This document shows positions 25,506-36,760 of a stretch of 64,000 nt of DNA, piece by piece. Source of the DNA: Marsupella aquatica (Eukaryota > Plantae > Marchantiophyta); contig OZ316896.1 in the NCBI GenBank assembly GCA_973895155.1, positions 4,531,925 to 4,595,924 of the forward strand, given 5' to 3'. The position numbers were made by a program, and so were the translations under genes. The number at the start of each line of letters is the position of its first letter. The first letter of the stretch is position 1. The notes under the pieces were generated by a model. The model ran no database searches and was not told the DNA's origin. It was given only the letters and a program-made list of their open reading frames with translations.

Positions 25506-26230
25506 TTAATCTGATCTCATGCCGACTATTATTTTGGAAGCGTCCAAAATTGGGCGTCTGTTAAATTGCTCTACTAGATATCTATCTCCATGCCTCTGAA
25601 TCACAGGGTCTTCCCATAGAGTATGATTATAATCATAATCTCTAAAAATAGATTTAACTGACCAATCTGGATAATCTCTTCCATTGGCAATGACAAGCGG
25701 CTCACAAGAGTTTGCTAGCTTGCTAAGATACGGAATCAGCAAGTTAATCAGGAAACTGTCGTCGACCGACCCAAAATATTTGGGCGGAAATAATGATCCA
25801 ACAACAGGATCTAAACAAGCATGAAATGCATAGGATTCAATAAGCATTATATTTTGCTGCAGATACACCTTCGTATAAATTCCAACCTTCTCAAAACACT
25901 TCAAAAATATCCGCTTATTTGATGTCACCCCATCGCATAAGTAACAATGAGACTGGTCCCAAATATACTTAAATGAGGCCATTTCCATCGCAGTAAAAAT
26001 AGATGCTAAAATTTGATCTAAAAGGTTCTTCCCAAGAGAGGACCAGATCCCTACATCAAAATTCTCAAAACAGAATCTCAAGAATTCGTGAAGATGAGGC
26101 CTTGGAAAAATGTATATATTCCCAATCCGAATTCTAGTTGAGACCGCCATCAATCGGGAATGCGGTGCAGTGTAACAGAGTAGATGCTCCACGTCTAAAA
26201 CTATGAGCCCGTTTTCTCTGCTGCAATGAA
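25506..26230 (-). CDS. FCP1/NIF-like HAD phosphatase domain, copy 3 (degenerate motif I)
   Basis: IVLDVEHLL...PRPHLHEFLRFCFENFDVGIWSS...IWDQSHC...LK...NIMLIES. Confidence 0.8.
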
Positions 26231-26320
26231 TCTCCTGTAGAGAAACACAAGAAGATGCATGAGCCCGTATGGATGTAGTCACGCGAATGGTTGCGTCACA
26301 TATTACAGAGAAAACATCCT

Positions 26321-27028
26321 CTACACTCTGGCCATTGATAAGTGATGTCTGTTGAAGTGCTTGATAAGAACTTGATCCGCATGTCTCTGCACGTACAGAT
26401 GCTCCCATATATCCTCGTTCAGATCCCAATCTCGATGTAGATTTCTAATCGACCAGATGGGATAATCGAACTTGTTAGCAAACGCAAGACAAAGCCCTGA
26501 ATTTGATAGCTTTCGTAAATATGGAATGAGGTCATCCCTCAAAAAGACATCATCCAACGATCCTTGAAACGACTTAGCGAACAATAATCCGCATACAGCT
26601 GTCTAGCATGTACGGGAAGGACAGGCATCAATCTGGATTATATTCTCTGGTCGATAATCTTGAAACATATCACATAGTCTCTCGATAGATTTGAAGACAA
26701 TAGTCTTATAATTTTTCTTCACATAACCAAGATTCCAGCAATAATCCCGCGTGAACACATATATCAGCTGCGACAGGTCGGTGCTCGACAACACTTCTGA
26801 AAGTATCTGATAAACCAGTTTATCGTCGAGAATAGACCAGACCATCACATCAAAATGATCATAACAGAATTTTATAAGATCATGAAGATGCGGCCTCGGA
26901 ACGACACATAGAGATCCGATACGAATTCCGGGTGCCGACTTGAGCTGAGGAGTATATTTTGAAACAGAGCACAGGAAGTTTTCCAGTCCTAAAACTAGAA
27001 GTTGACGCGACCTGCTCCACTTAGACAC
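26321..27028 (-). pseudogene. FCP1/NIF-like HAD domain, copy 2 (in-frame TAG, catalytic Asp lost)
   Basis: LVLGLENFL...PRPHLHDLIKFCYDHFDVMVWS...ENIIQIDA. ORFs 26603-27028 and 26321-26584 are in frame across one TAG. Confidence 0.8.
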
Positions 27029-27153
27029 CTGTAAATGAACAATTTGATTCTCATATTATGCAATTGCAAACAACCACGCGACCGGGCGCGTCACTCCCAA
27101 AAGTTCAATTTCAATCAATTTATAAATAATAATTGATAATAAACAATAAACGT

Positions 27154-28063
27154 TTACTTATTGGACTTATCCCGGGCTTCTATAGCACGGTCTTTTTTGG
27201 CAGATAAGTATTTCATAAATTCGTCAAACTTTTCTAAATGGTCTTTATTCCCCTGATTACGAATGATCACGTTTCTCCTCCAAAGATTCGTCTTATCAAT
27301 ATAATCTTTCTCAAGATTTTCTTGAGAGAACGTTGGAATCCCATATCCACTAAGGAGCTCGCGGAATGTCAACTTGTCAATTGACATGTCGCATAGATAT
27401 GGATATAGTTTCTTTCTAAAAAATAGGTCATCATCGAGCCCAGAATATGCATCGGGATACAACGATGAATAGAAGTCATTAAGGCTCGTCTTATATGCAG
27501 CGTCATCGATAAGAATGATATTCTTGATGTTGTAATCTTTAATATCGGCGGCAATGTCCGAGAGACATTTGACAAATAAAGGGATGTCATTATTATTCTT
27601 CCCAATAAGTTGAGTTGATTCTTGTCCCCATATAAATTTAATACGTTTCAAAACTTCGGGTCGAAGTATCAGCCTTACACAAGATAGAATATTCCGTTTG
27701 AACATGCACGACCAGATCGCAATGTCGTATAGATCTGCCACCTTCTCAAGAAATTCCATTAAATCAGGCCTTGGATAGATAACCTTGTGCATCTGTCTCA
27801 CACCCCTTGACCGAATGGGCATCCCAGGGCTGATCTTCTCTGACCAGATAAGTACCCGATTCAGATCAAAAATTACAAGTCTCTTCTGAACCGGTGACTT
27901 CTTTGCCGATGGATTAGGCGCCATCTGTACCTGTGATTTTTGTGCCGCAGGGTTTGGAGAACGTACAGTTAGAACGGTCTGTTTGTTTCCCGCCTCCGGA
28001 CGATCACCGGACTTCCGGACTAGTGCCTTCGATACTCGATCAGGGGGTTTCGGGATAGGCTTC
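27154..28063 (-). CDS. FCP1/NIF-like HAD phosphatase domain, copy 1
   Basis: LVIFDLNRVL...PRPDLMEFL...DIAIWS...FIWGQ...K...NIILIDD. An acceptor at ~28063 joins it in frame to the Ulp1 exon. Confidence 0.85.
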
Positions 28064-28149
28064 TGTAAAACATTAAGAAATGAAAATAAGTTTATAACGC
28101 GAACGGTCGCGTGACTACAAAGAGAGACACTGAAATGAAGTGTATTACC

Positions 28150-28943
28150 TGTACAAGACGGTCGTTCAGTGCTGGAATTCCGCCGGAAATGTCAATCATA
28201 GCAGCACGGATCCCGGTAACTAGGTTACTTGTGGACGTCGGCTTGCGGAAGTCCATGTCAAATAACGACAAGACTATCTCCCTACGGAATTTCTCAATTT
28301 GATCCGCGGCAAAATTAATTCCGTTTCCTTGACACAAGCACTTGGCGTATCTCAAGATAAACACACCACAACTGTGGCCGTCCCTCTGGTGAGGAATATC
28401 ATTCCGATATATCCGTTCCCAACCTGAGAGATCCAAGTTGACACCAGTTCTCCAGCCAATTTCGTCGGCGTAGTACTTCCCAACAATATCTAGCACCCCA
28501 GGATTTTGTCGATTATGAACTAGAGAATCTAGGTACTCCAGCCGTTTCTCCTTCGGATACAAGACTACCAATGACCAATGTTCTTTCACAGCATTGTGTA
28601 CTGGAAAGACCAGTTTCTCGTATTCACTGATTTTTAGCGGAAACTCCTTTGTCCAAGCTGCTCTCTCCTCGTCGAAAATGGTAGGATCCATGGAGAGAAG
28701 CTCAAAATGGTGTGTTTGGAAGAATTTGACAAGGTCTGACTTTCCAACTCTATCGAGAATCAGTTCGAGAAAACTCAAATAAGCGTTAATTATATCATCG
28801 GTGAGCAACTCGCGCGGTCTCAGACACATCATATGTTTCCTCTTGATCGAGTGTTGTAAGAACTTGGTCAATAGCTCTTCCATATCCTTAGAAGGATCAA
28901 GGCATTGATCTATTCGACTAGCCAAATTTTCAAAAAACTGCAA
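28150..28943 (-). CDS. Ulp1/C48 SUMO-protease domain
   Basis: LTDDIINAYL, FPVHN...HWSLVV, YLDSL and PHQRDGHSCGVF give an intact H-D-Q-C catalytic set. Confidence 0.93.
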
Positions 28944-29071
28944 AAAACAGAGATTTCAGAACGCCTTCAAATAACGTACTGAGGTTGTAGCCTAAGGGTT
29001 GTAGCCTCATAAAACAGAAACAATAATAGATCAATAATAAAATAATGACATCTATAATAGAAACTTTAAGC

Positions 29072-31030
29072 TTATAGCTTGCGAATGACCTTTGGATTGG
29101 GTGGATCCGGCCTTTTCGCAGCTGATCTCTTGGGTGCCTCAATTGCAACAACATCCTTCAGCCCTCCTCGAGACCGCAGTGATCGCTCCACTGGACCAGT
29201 TTGCGAAGGTTGGAGCGATGAGGCGGGAAGACCTTCAAATGGTTGTGGCATTTGATTCAAATATTCCACAATCTGGGAATCCGATTCCAAAATATCCAAT
29301 GCCACAATTTCTGCGCGAGTCACCTCTGCAATATATCGGGGTCGAGACCACGAACCCGGTCGCATCAAGTCAGCTGTTAGTCTCTTAACGACTTGAGCCA
29401 AGTCTGGTGCCAAAAACGTTCCCAGGTCTTGCACTCGATTCTCGGAAAAGTGCACATTATTGATGATTGTCTCTATTCTGGATGCAGTGGCAGTCTTCTC
29501 CTCGGTAATCAAAAGACCCTTCCAATATTGCAAAGCAAGGACTGCCTGGACTCGGAGCTGCTCCGGTGAATATTTATTCCAATCATCCAACGAGACCGTA
29601 CTTAAGGGTGGATCGTTAAATTCAAACTCCGGGCGAAGAAAATAGTCTAATATTTTCTTCTTAACTGCAACTGAGGGTGAAGAAGGCTTCTTCAAATTCA
29701 GCCTTATTTTCGGTAGACGTTGTGCCTCAGGAATAAGCGAAAGATCCTTGGCCCTCTCGGCCTCCTTCCTTGCTGCCTCCAGTCTTGCGGAATCCATCTT
29801 TTCTGCCTCCAACTTCTCCGCCTCCACCCTCTCTGGTCTTGCGGTCTCGTCCGCCATCCTCTCGGCCAGAAGCCTCTCAGCCGCCTCACTCTCCGCCTTG
29901 GCCCTATTTTCCTCTGTCACTAAAAGGACACTCGCAGCCTGGGCTTTCTCAGCCTGGGCTTTCTCAGCCTGGGCTTTCTCAGCCTGGGCTTTCTCGGCCT
30001 CCGCTTTCTGAGCCTAGGCTTTCTCGGCCTCCGCTTTCTCAGCCTGGGCTTTCTCGGCCTGGGCTTTCTCGGCCTCCGCTTTCTCAGCCTGGGCTTTCTT
30101 GGCCTCCGCTTTCTGAGCCTGGGCTTTCTCGGCCTCCGCTTTCTCAGCCTGGGCTTTCTCGGCCTGGGCTTTCTCGGCCTCCGCTTTCTCACCCTGGGCT
30201 TTCTGAGCCTCCGCTTTCTCAGCCTGGGCTTTCTCGGCCTCCGCTTTCTCAGCCTGGGCTTTATCAGCCTGGGCTTTCTCAGCCTCCGCTTTCTCAGCCT
30301 GGGCTTTCTCAGCATCCGCTTTCTCCGCCTGAGCTTTCTCGGCCTCCGCTTTCTCAGCCTCGGCTTTCTCCTTCTTCTTCGCGGCAGTTGCTTTTCTAGC
30401 TGTTGCCTTTTTCTTCTTAACCTCGTTCTTTTGAAGCTGCTCTTGCCGGGCCGCCTCTTGTCGGGCCGCCTCCTTCTTTTGAAGCTCCTCTTGCCGGGCC
30501 GCCTCCTGCTGGGCCGCTTCCTTCTTTTGAAGCTCCTCTTGCCGGGCCGCCTCCTGCCGGGCCTCCTCCAGCCTTGCCTCCTCCAGCCTGGCCTCCTCGT
30601 GCCGGGCCGCCTCATGCCGGGCCTCCTCCTACCGGGCCTCCTCCTGCCGGGCCGCCTCCTCCTGCCGGGCCTCCTCCTACCGGGCCTCCTCCTGCCCGGC
30701 CACCTCCTCTCTGGCCTCCTCCTTCTGGGCCGCCTCCTCTTGGTCCACCTCATGTCGAGGCTCATGTGTGGCTTCTTCATCAGAGTCCTCAGTGTCCTCG
30801 AAACCCTCCATCTCCTCGTCCTCTTCATCAGCGTCCTCAGCGTCCTTCATCTCCTCTCCGTCACTCTCTTCATCTCCTCTATTGTCGGAATCTCTGACGT
30901 CGTTCTGCGTATCGGTCATCCACTCTGGATCTTGGTCATTGACATCCCCATCCACGTCACCTTCCCCCTCACCATCCGCATCACCATTGCTCCCTGCATC
31001 CTCAACATTGAAGCCGCAGTCGACTTGATT
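29072..31030 (-). pseudogene. Acidic and charged coiled-coil repeat linker exon (QEEAR and AEKAQ/AEKAE repeats) followed by a unique domain
   Basis: D/E-rich ORF 30677-30955, repeat tracts and ORF 29072-29920. TAG stops at ~30015 and ~30677 sit where neighbouring repeat units have CAG. Confidence 0.75.
29935..30745. repeat. 15-bp minisatellite (GCTTTCTCAGCCTGG / GCTTTCTCGGCCTCC) and 15-18-bp GCCGGGCCTCCTCCT array
   Basis: Directly visible periodicity at 29935-30370 and 30440-30745. Confidence 0.92.
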
Positions 31031-31148
31031 TGAATAAAATCAGATCATTTGATAAGAATGACTCACGCGTGAAAAGAAATGTTATGAATGTCCACGCGCA
31101 TGTTCGCGTGACGCAATAAAAAGTAAGAGGTTTCAAAAGTAACGTACC

Positions 31149-32868
31149 TTGGATTGGCCCACTAGGGTACTCCGTTGGTCGAATGTACAATCGATCGGAA
31201 TCTTCAGAGAGTGCATACTCTTGCAATAATTGATTACAAATATTATCAGGGATATGTTGTTCGTGGAGGACATCCAAAACATCAGCCCTGAGAGCAATTA
31301 CGGATGGACGGTACTTCATTAATTTATCTATACAATTTTCTATACTAGCCCGTACTGGGTCAATCAATGACAGCGTTGTATCAATTGTCGCCGTGGTGTG
31401 TTGCAAGAAACAAGACAACTCCCTATGCGTTGCCACAGGGCAGTAATATTTTACATTGGATCCAGCATCCTGTAAAAAAAGCCGAAAATTAGTTCACAAT
31501 ATTAATTGAGAATATAATAATCTAAATAATCTTAAAATTGAAACCCCAAAATATAAATCTCAAAACTTACCATTAAGCACTGGATCAAGTTCATTCCCTC
31601 ACCGAAGCATATAGCCCATTCCCCACATTGGACGAATTGACTAACAATACTTTCAAAGAATGGAAGTATCTTTTCTGGGGAAGGTGTCGTGAACTCGTCG
31701 CTCTCTTCAAAATTGGATATTTTTTCAATCTGATATTTGGAGACCAATTGGAACTCGAGGGCTTGTGGATCGCCCATTGGCCAAGCTATGAAAAGCGTAG
31801 GTTACAATAAGCTTCTTCTCCTTCGGCCTCCTCTGAATATAATGGCTATCGACAGCAACGTAGTGTGTGTACTTCCCTAATTCCCATTTGATTAAGTAAG
31901 ACTCAACGGGAGAGGCTACAATAATAACCACATGGTGTGGTTTTGCCCCTATCTCGCTAGTAGCACAAAATAACCCCTCATAGAATGAGCAATTTGGCGG
32001 ACACAAATCTCCCATTGATGAGGGATCAAAATAAATCAAGCTCGCAAGGTTCTTGTCTTCACGTATGATATAGTCTGCAAACCCAGCATTTTGTATATCC
32101 TGCAGGGATCGCAATTTCAGCCTCTCACCGACCGGCCGCACTAGTTGGTTTCCTTGACTATCAACTGATTTCTGTATTCCTTCGACCAACCTGTAGAATA
32201 TAGGGTCGATCTCCTTCAACAAATTATCATTACTAATATTTACATTTAAGCACTTCTTCAGATAACCACTCAATGCATCTCTCAACTGCTTCAGCACCAT
32301 CTTGTCGAGCTTAAAGCGATCAATCATTCCTTTGACCCGCAATTTCCGCGCTGAATCTGTCAGACTTTTCAGCTCCGTCCGGGTGGATGTTTCCCCGTTG
32401 AGTTTACTCAATAATAAAATCTCAAACTCAACTTTTATCTTCTTCTTTATACAGAATTGCTCCAAACTCATGCTGGTCGTTGACAACACTGAAGCCTCAG
32501 AGGACTTCCTTGCCTTCCCAGATTTCACTTTGATGCTTCGGTTTTTGAGTATAGACAGTCTTCCGCTCAACATATATTCCGCTGCCTTTCGAAGAACCGA
32601 GTCTGAGCACCCTTGACAAGAACGGAACGTCTTCTTCAGAAGATGATAAGCACACGGATTATCCGCAATTTTGACGGCGTCCCTCTGTAAAATTCCGTTG
32701 TAAATTACAAGCTCTCCTGTCCTTGATCGTTCGTAGACCTCCATCCACTTCTTGAATGTTTCGTCCTCCATTGTAAAGAGAAACGGAGCCAATTCTCCAA
32801 ATTTCATCATTTCGTTCTTCCCCATTTGAGCCTATGGGTAGACAAAACTCGTAGCTCTCATAAATACC
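31149..32868 (-). pseudogene. Helical region plus degenerate beta-class N6/N4 DNA methyltransferase-like fold
   Basis: SLIYFDPSS (DPPY-like) precedes SPEKILPFFESIVSQFVQCGEWAICFGEG...DAGSNVKYY, which resembles HPTxKP...GDxVLDxFxGSG...GRxxIG. One frameshift near 31790 and an intron at ~31472-31570. Confidence 0.5.
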
Positions 32869-32966
32869 TGAAAAACAATGGAAACATGACAATTCTAAGC
32901 TTGACGCGACCGTTCGCGTGACAAAAGTTTATACGATAATGTGATCGAAGAGGGTTATTTATATAC

Positions 32967-34204
32967 CTTCCAATTTGGATGACGATAATGTGATCCAGCC
33001 GCCCAAATGAGTTCCAGATATTACAACACTGTCGTACAATGGTGAGAAACTGTCCTTCTTCCATTGATGTTTGATGATAGTGGTTCAGAGCTTTCGATAA
33101 TCCCATCAAATGAACATTATTGTCGTTGTTGAGCGTTGCCCAAAACATTATAGCTTCTACAATACCGCAAGCGTCTCGTACAACTTGGCTGACTTTGTCG
33201 TCCTCGCTCAGCAATTTGTACGCCATTATTGTGTGCTGGCCTCCGAGTATCCAGAAATGACTGGTCATAATGTCCTCCTCCTTTGGCGATGAATCGCAGG
33301 GCATCCCATTGTAGTCGGGATCTCTGTCGGCCTCCGACTGAACCCACTTCATAGGGACTAAAAAGTAGCATCGCTTCTCGAACTTTATAGCCGAATGAGA
33401 GAGGAGTGAATTCTTTAGCCTATCTGTGTAATCCTGATTCCAGTCTCGGCACTTGATGTGGTCTGGTGCAAGATGACAACGTGATGTCTCAACAAAAAAT
33501 GACTTGCTGTTAAATATATTCACAGCACTATATTCTTTGAGGAAAGAATCGAACAGAGCCCCGACATTCGATGAGGTAATTACTTTCGGAAGATTCTCAG
33601 CCGAGTATACTTCAACCTTGCTCACTGGCGGGGCCTTTTCCAAGCGAAATCCCTGGTTGAAAGGAACTCTCTGGAACTCAAGTACGTCAATAATGTATTG
33701 ACAAATCAAATCTCCCGTTGATGCCTCTGGATCGGAAGGATATCCCACACTAGTAACCTTTTCCAAGGCGTGCCTTGCACCTAGAAGATCATCGATTCTG
33801 GGCTGATTGAAGGTTACATATTGCGTTTGATCCAAATAAATGCTTATTTTGTCTTCCTGCTGGTCGTCGCTGACTAGCAGAACCAATCCCTCTGTACACT
33901 CTTTAACTTTCATGTTCTTCTCAAAGAAACACCCGAGAATTTTTGATCTCTCCAAAACTGTAGCTTTATCATTTCTTGCCACCACAAGACGGACAGCCCC
34001 ATTGCGAACGACTATTCCAAAATCGGATATCTCAGTCGATTCAAAGAGATGGATACTCTTTGTCTCCGTTGTTCTCTCTCTAATTGACTTTCCTCGATAT
34101 GCAAGTATGGATGTCTCCGCGGGAGTCATTTTTGTCTTGGCTTTCTTTCGAGAAGCAGCTTTAGACGAGTCTCTTTTCCGCTTTGAGGTTCCGGTAGGAT
34201 CCAT
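32967..34204 (-). CDS. ParB/sulfiredoxin-like domain protein exon with an N-terminal basic NLS
   Basis: CRDWNQDYTDRLKNSLL...FWILGGQHTIMAYKLL...EAIMF...LSKALN fits the ParB-N pattern R...L..Si...iidGqHr..A. NLS-like KRKR...RKKAK. Confidence 0.65.
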
Positions 34205-34279
34205 TCTGAAACAGACAAATATTGAAAGTTAAACGTTTATTATAAAATACTAACACGCGCATGGTCGCGTCTTGCCGAA

Positions 34280-34810
34280 TTACATTTTAGGAACATTTAT
34301 CCTGACCCAATCTTCTCGCTCATCTTCATCTAACCAAAACCAAAGGTTCCTAAACGTGTCAAGTTCAGATCCTTCAAATCCACCCAGAATGTCCAGCGGC
34401 GGGAGAGTTCTGATGGATTCTGTAAATCTTAATGCTACACTCCGTGAAGTCAAATGCCTTCGAAGCGATTCATATCCTGGTCTATCAGTGAAGTCGTAAG
34501 CTACCAAGGTGACCGTCGCCCATGCACTACTATAAGTAACTATGTGGCACCACTTCTTACTGACTGTTCGAATGGCGATCAAGTCCATGACCCAATTTTT
34601 AATCGCAGTATCCGACAAATTCCCAAGACAATGGAAAAACTCTTTGACTAATGGCCAAATATATTTCTCGACAATATCATCCGGAAGACCGGGTATCAGG
34701 TCTTCAGCTTGACTCCATATCATGTTTCGGTTCATAACCTTTGCACGTGCAATGCGCTCCATCATCATTTGACGATGAGATTTTTGATTCATGTCAAAGG
34801 ACTGCAGCAT
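34280..34810 (-). CDS. F-box-like protein, copy 3
   Basis: LIPGLPDDIVEKYIWPLV...IRTVSKKWCHIV. Confidence 0.75.
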   Translation of the reverse strand: MLQSFDMNQKSHRQMMMERIARAKVMNRNMIWSQAEDLIPGLPDDIVEKYIWPLVKEFFHCLGNLSDTAIKNWVMDLIAIRTVSKKWCHIVTYSSAWATVTLVAYDFTDRPGYESLRRHLTSRSVALRFTESIRTLPPLDILGGFEGSELDTFRNLWFWLDEDEREDWVRINVPKM

Positions 34811-34823
34811 AATATGGAAAAGA

Positions 34824-35411
34824 TTAAGAACAAGAACCTATCCAATAAGAACTGGGACCACCGAGATTCTGAGAAAATCTACCAAACCTTTCGATTAGGA
34901 TATCTCGTTCTTCCTCATCTAAATTCCTATATTTGTTCGTAAACAATGCGATTTCGTCAGAAGTAGTAGTCCCAAGAACAGATATTTCTGGAAGCATAGA
35001 AATATCCTGTCGAATAACTCGACAGACTGAGTCAAACTCCAACTCCTCAATTTCGGGTATGTTGTAAAGAGCATCATTTGCGACATCGACAATCCGGTTT
35101 GCTTGTTTGAGGATAGCCCATAACCTTGTATTTGTAACTAAAAAGTTCCACTTCTTGCTACAAGCTCCAAGCCGAATAAGGTCTCGGACCCTATCGATAA
35201 CCAAATCGTTATCGAGGTATCGATATCCATGCAATCTTTCAATTGAAATAAAGTGTTCGTAGAGTATTGGCCAAATGTTTGAAATGACCAAAATATCTGG
35301 TATTCCTCCAATGAGACTAGAGGAGGTTTCATCCAGCGTATCCCATATTGTTTTCTGTTTCTTTTCATGAGATGAAAGGAAATCTCGAGCCTCATTCAAA
35401 AGTTGGCTCAT
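34824..35411 (-). CDS. F-box-like protein, copy 2
   Basis: LIGGIPDILVISNIWPIL...LGACSKKWNFLV. Confidence 0.72.
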   Translation of the reverse strand: MSQLLNEARDFLSSHEKKQKTIWDTLDETSSSLIGGIPDILVISNIWPILYEHFISIERLHGYRYLDNDLVIDRVRDLIRLGACSKKWNFLVTNTRLWAILKQANRIVDVANDALYNIPEIEELEFDSVCRVIRQDISMLPEISVLGTTTSDEIALFTNKYRNLDEEERDILIERFGRFSQNLGGPSSYWIGSCS

Positions 35412-35476
35412 CCTGCTTTTATCATATCACAAAACATTGTTAGAAGACATACGACGCGCTTCGTCACGTAAGTTAA

Positions 35477-36028
35477 CTAGAATTCCTTAAAAGCGTAGAT
35501 GTCACCCTCAAGGTATCCAACTTTGTGGCATCTGACTGTAAATTTCCATTTTTCAAGAGGGTGAAGAGCATCGTAAGTCTTCGTGAAGAGTTCCCTAAGA
35601 TCTCTGGACATTGACCCCATGAATTTAATTCTTGGGTATTTCTGGAAGAAACTTTGAACTGTCAATGAGAGAGACTTATTTCCGATCGGTTTAGTAGGAT
35701 TTCCTGGGAAAGCCAAATCTAATAAACTCAACTTGATTACACCCAGAAGATAGGTATTCCCAACAAGGTGGCGCCATCTGCGACACACCGAAGATAGTCC
35801 TACAAACTCATCCAATTCCTTTATTGAGAAATTTCCTGCATTAGCCGAGGAATTAAAAGTCTCTTGGATCCGAGGCCATATCAATTCCGCGACAATGAAA
35901 TCTGGAAGCCCAGGTAGTAGTGTTTCAACAAATACAGAATATCCCGCAAGTAGACCATCTTGGCTTCTATCCAAAACGTCAAATATTGGGCATAGATATC
36001 TGAAGCTCTCCAGACCAGGTTTGCCCAT
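35477..36028 (-). CDS. F-box-like protein, copy 1
   Basis: LLPGLPDFIVAELIWPRI...LSSVCRRWRHLV. Confidence 0.75.
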   Translation of the reverse strand: MGKPGLESFRYLCPIFDVLDRSQDGLLAGYSVFVETLLPGLPDFIVAELIWPRIQETFNSSANAGNFSIKELDEFVGLSSVCRRWRHLVGNTYLLGVIKLSLLDLAFPGNPTKPIGNKSLSLTVQSFFQKYPRIKFMGSMSRDLRELFTKTYDALHPLEKWKFTVRCHKVGYLEGDIYAFKEF

Positions 36029-36164
36029 GACTCTTTTCAGCCAAATGATATATCCCAGAGATTATTTTCACGCGACTGGTCGCGTCTACAAATCAGAATG
36101 CATAAACAATTCTTTGAGAGACTGATTTTTTTGGGTCACAATGTGAAATCATAAATGTTTCTTC

Positions 36165-36760
36165 GTCCTCTAACAGAACCAGTCAATGAGAGAGCAACCT
36201 CAGACGCGACTGGTCGCGTCAACTGAACCTAAACAACTATATTCATTGAACCTTCCTTGTGGAGATTTGGATATGGTACGCGCTCAGTAAATCTATCCTG
36301 TTTCCTTCTGACACGCGACTAGTCGCGTCAATTGGTCCTAAAAGGACCCTTACCTCCTCTAACAGAACCAGTCAATGAGAGAGCAACCTCAGACGCGACT
36401 GGTCGCGTCAACTGAACCTAAACAACTATATCCGCTGAACCTTCCTTGTGGAGATTTGGATATGGTACGCGCTCAGTAAATCTATCCAGTTTCCTTCTCA
36501 CACGCGACTGGTCGCGTCAACTGGTCCTAAAAGGAACCCCACCTCCTCTAACAGAACCAGTCAATGAGAGAGCTACCTCAGACGCGACTGGTCGCGTCAA
36601 TTGAACCTAAACAACTATATCCACTGAACCTTCTGTGGAGATTTGGATATGGTACGCGCTCAGTAAATCTATCCAGTTTCTTTCTCACACGCGACTGGTC
36701 GCGTCAACTGGTCCTAAAAGGAACCTCATAGTATTTTCACGCGACTGGTCGCGTCAACAG
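36165..36760. repeat. ~189-bp tandem repeat x3, two ACGCGAC-TG-GTCGCGT palindromes per unit
   Basis: CCTCTAACAGAACCAGTCAATGAGAGAGC at ~36167, 36356 and 36545. Confidence 0.93.

Noticed and set aside
29770-31033. Long Arg-, Pro- or Leu-rich ORFs (e.g. 29920-30828, 29770-30399, 30431-31033)
   Set aside because: These are alternative frames of the minisatellites. The AEKAQ/QEEAR frame is the one continuous with the flanking exons.
25506-36028. Endogenous giant-virus or bacterial insertion
   Set aside because: The region has GT-AG introns, no capsid, polymerase or packaging ATPase, and is bounded by TIRs and a TSD.
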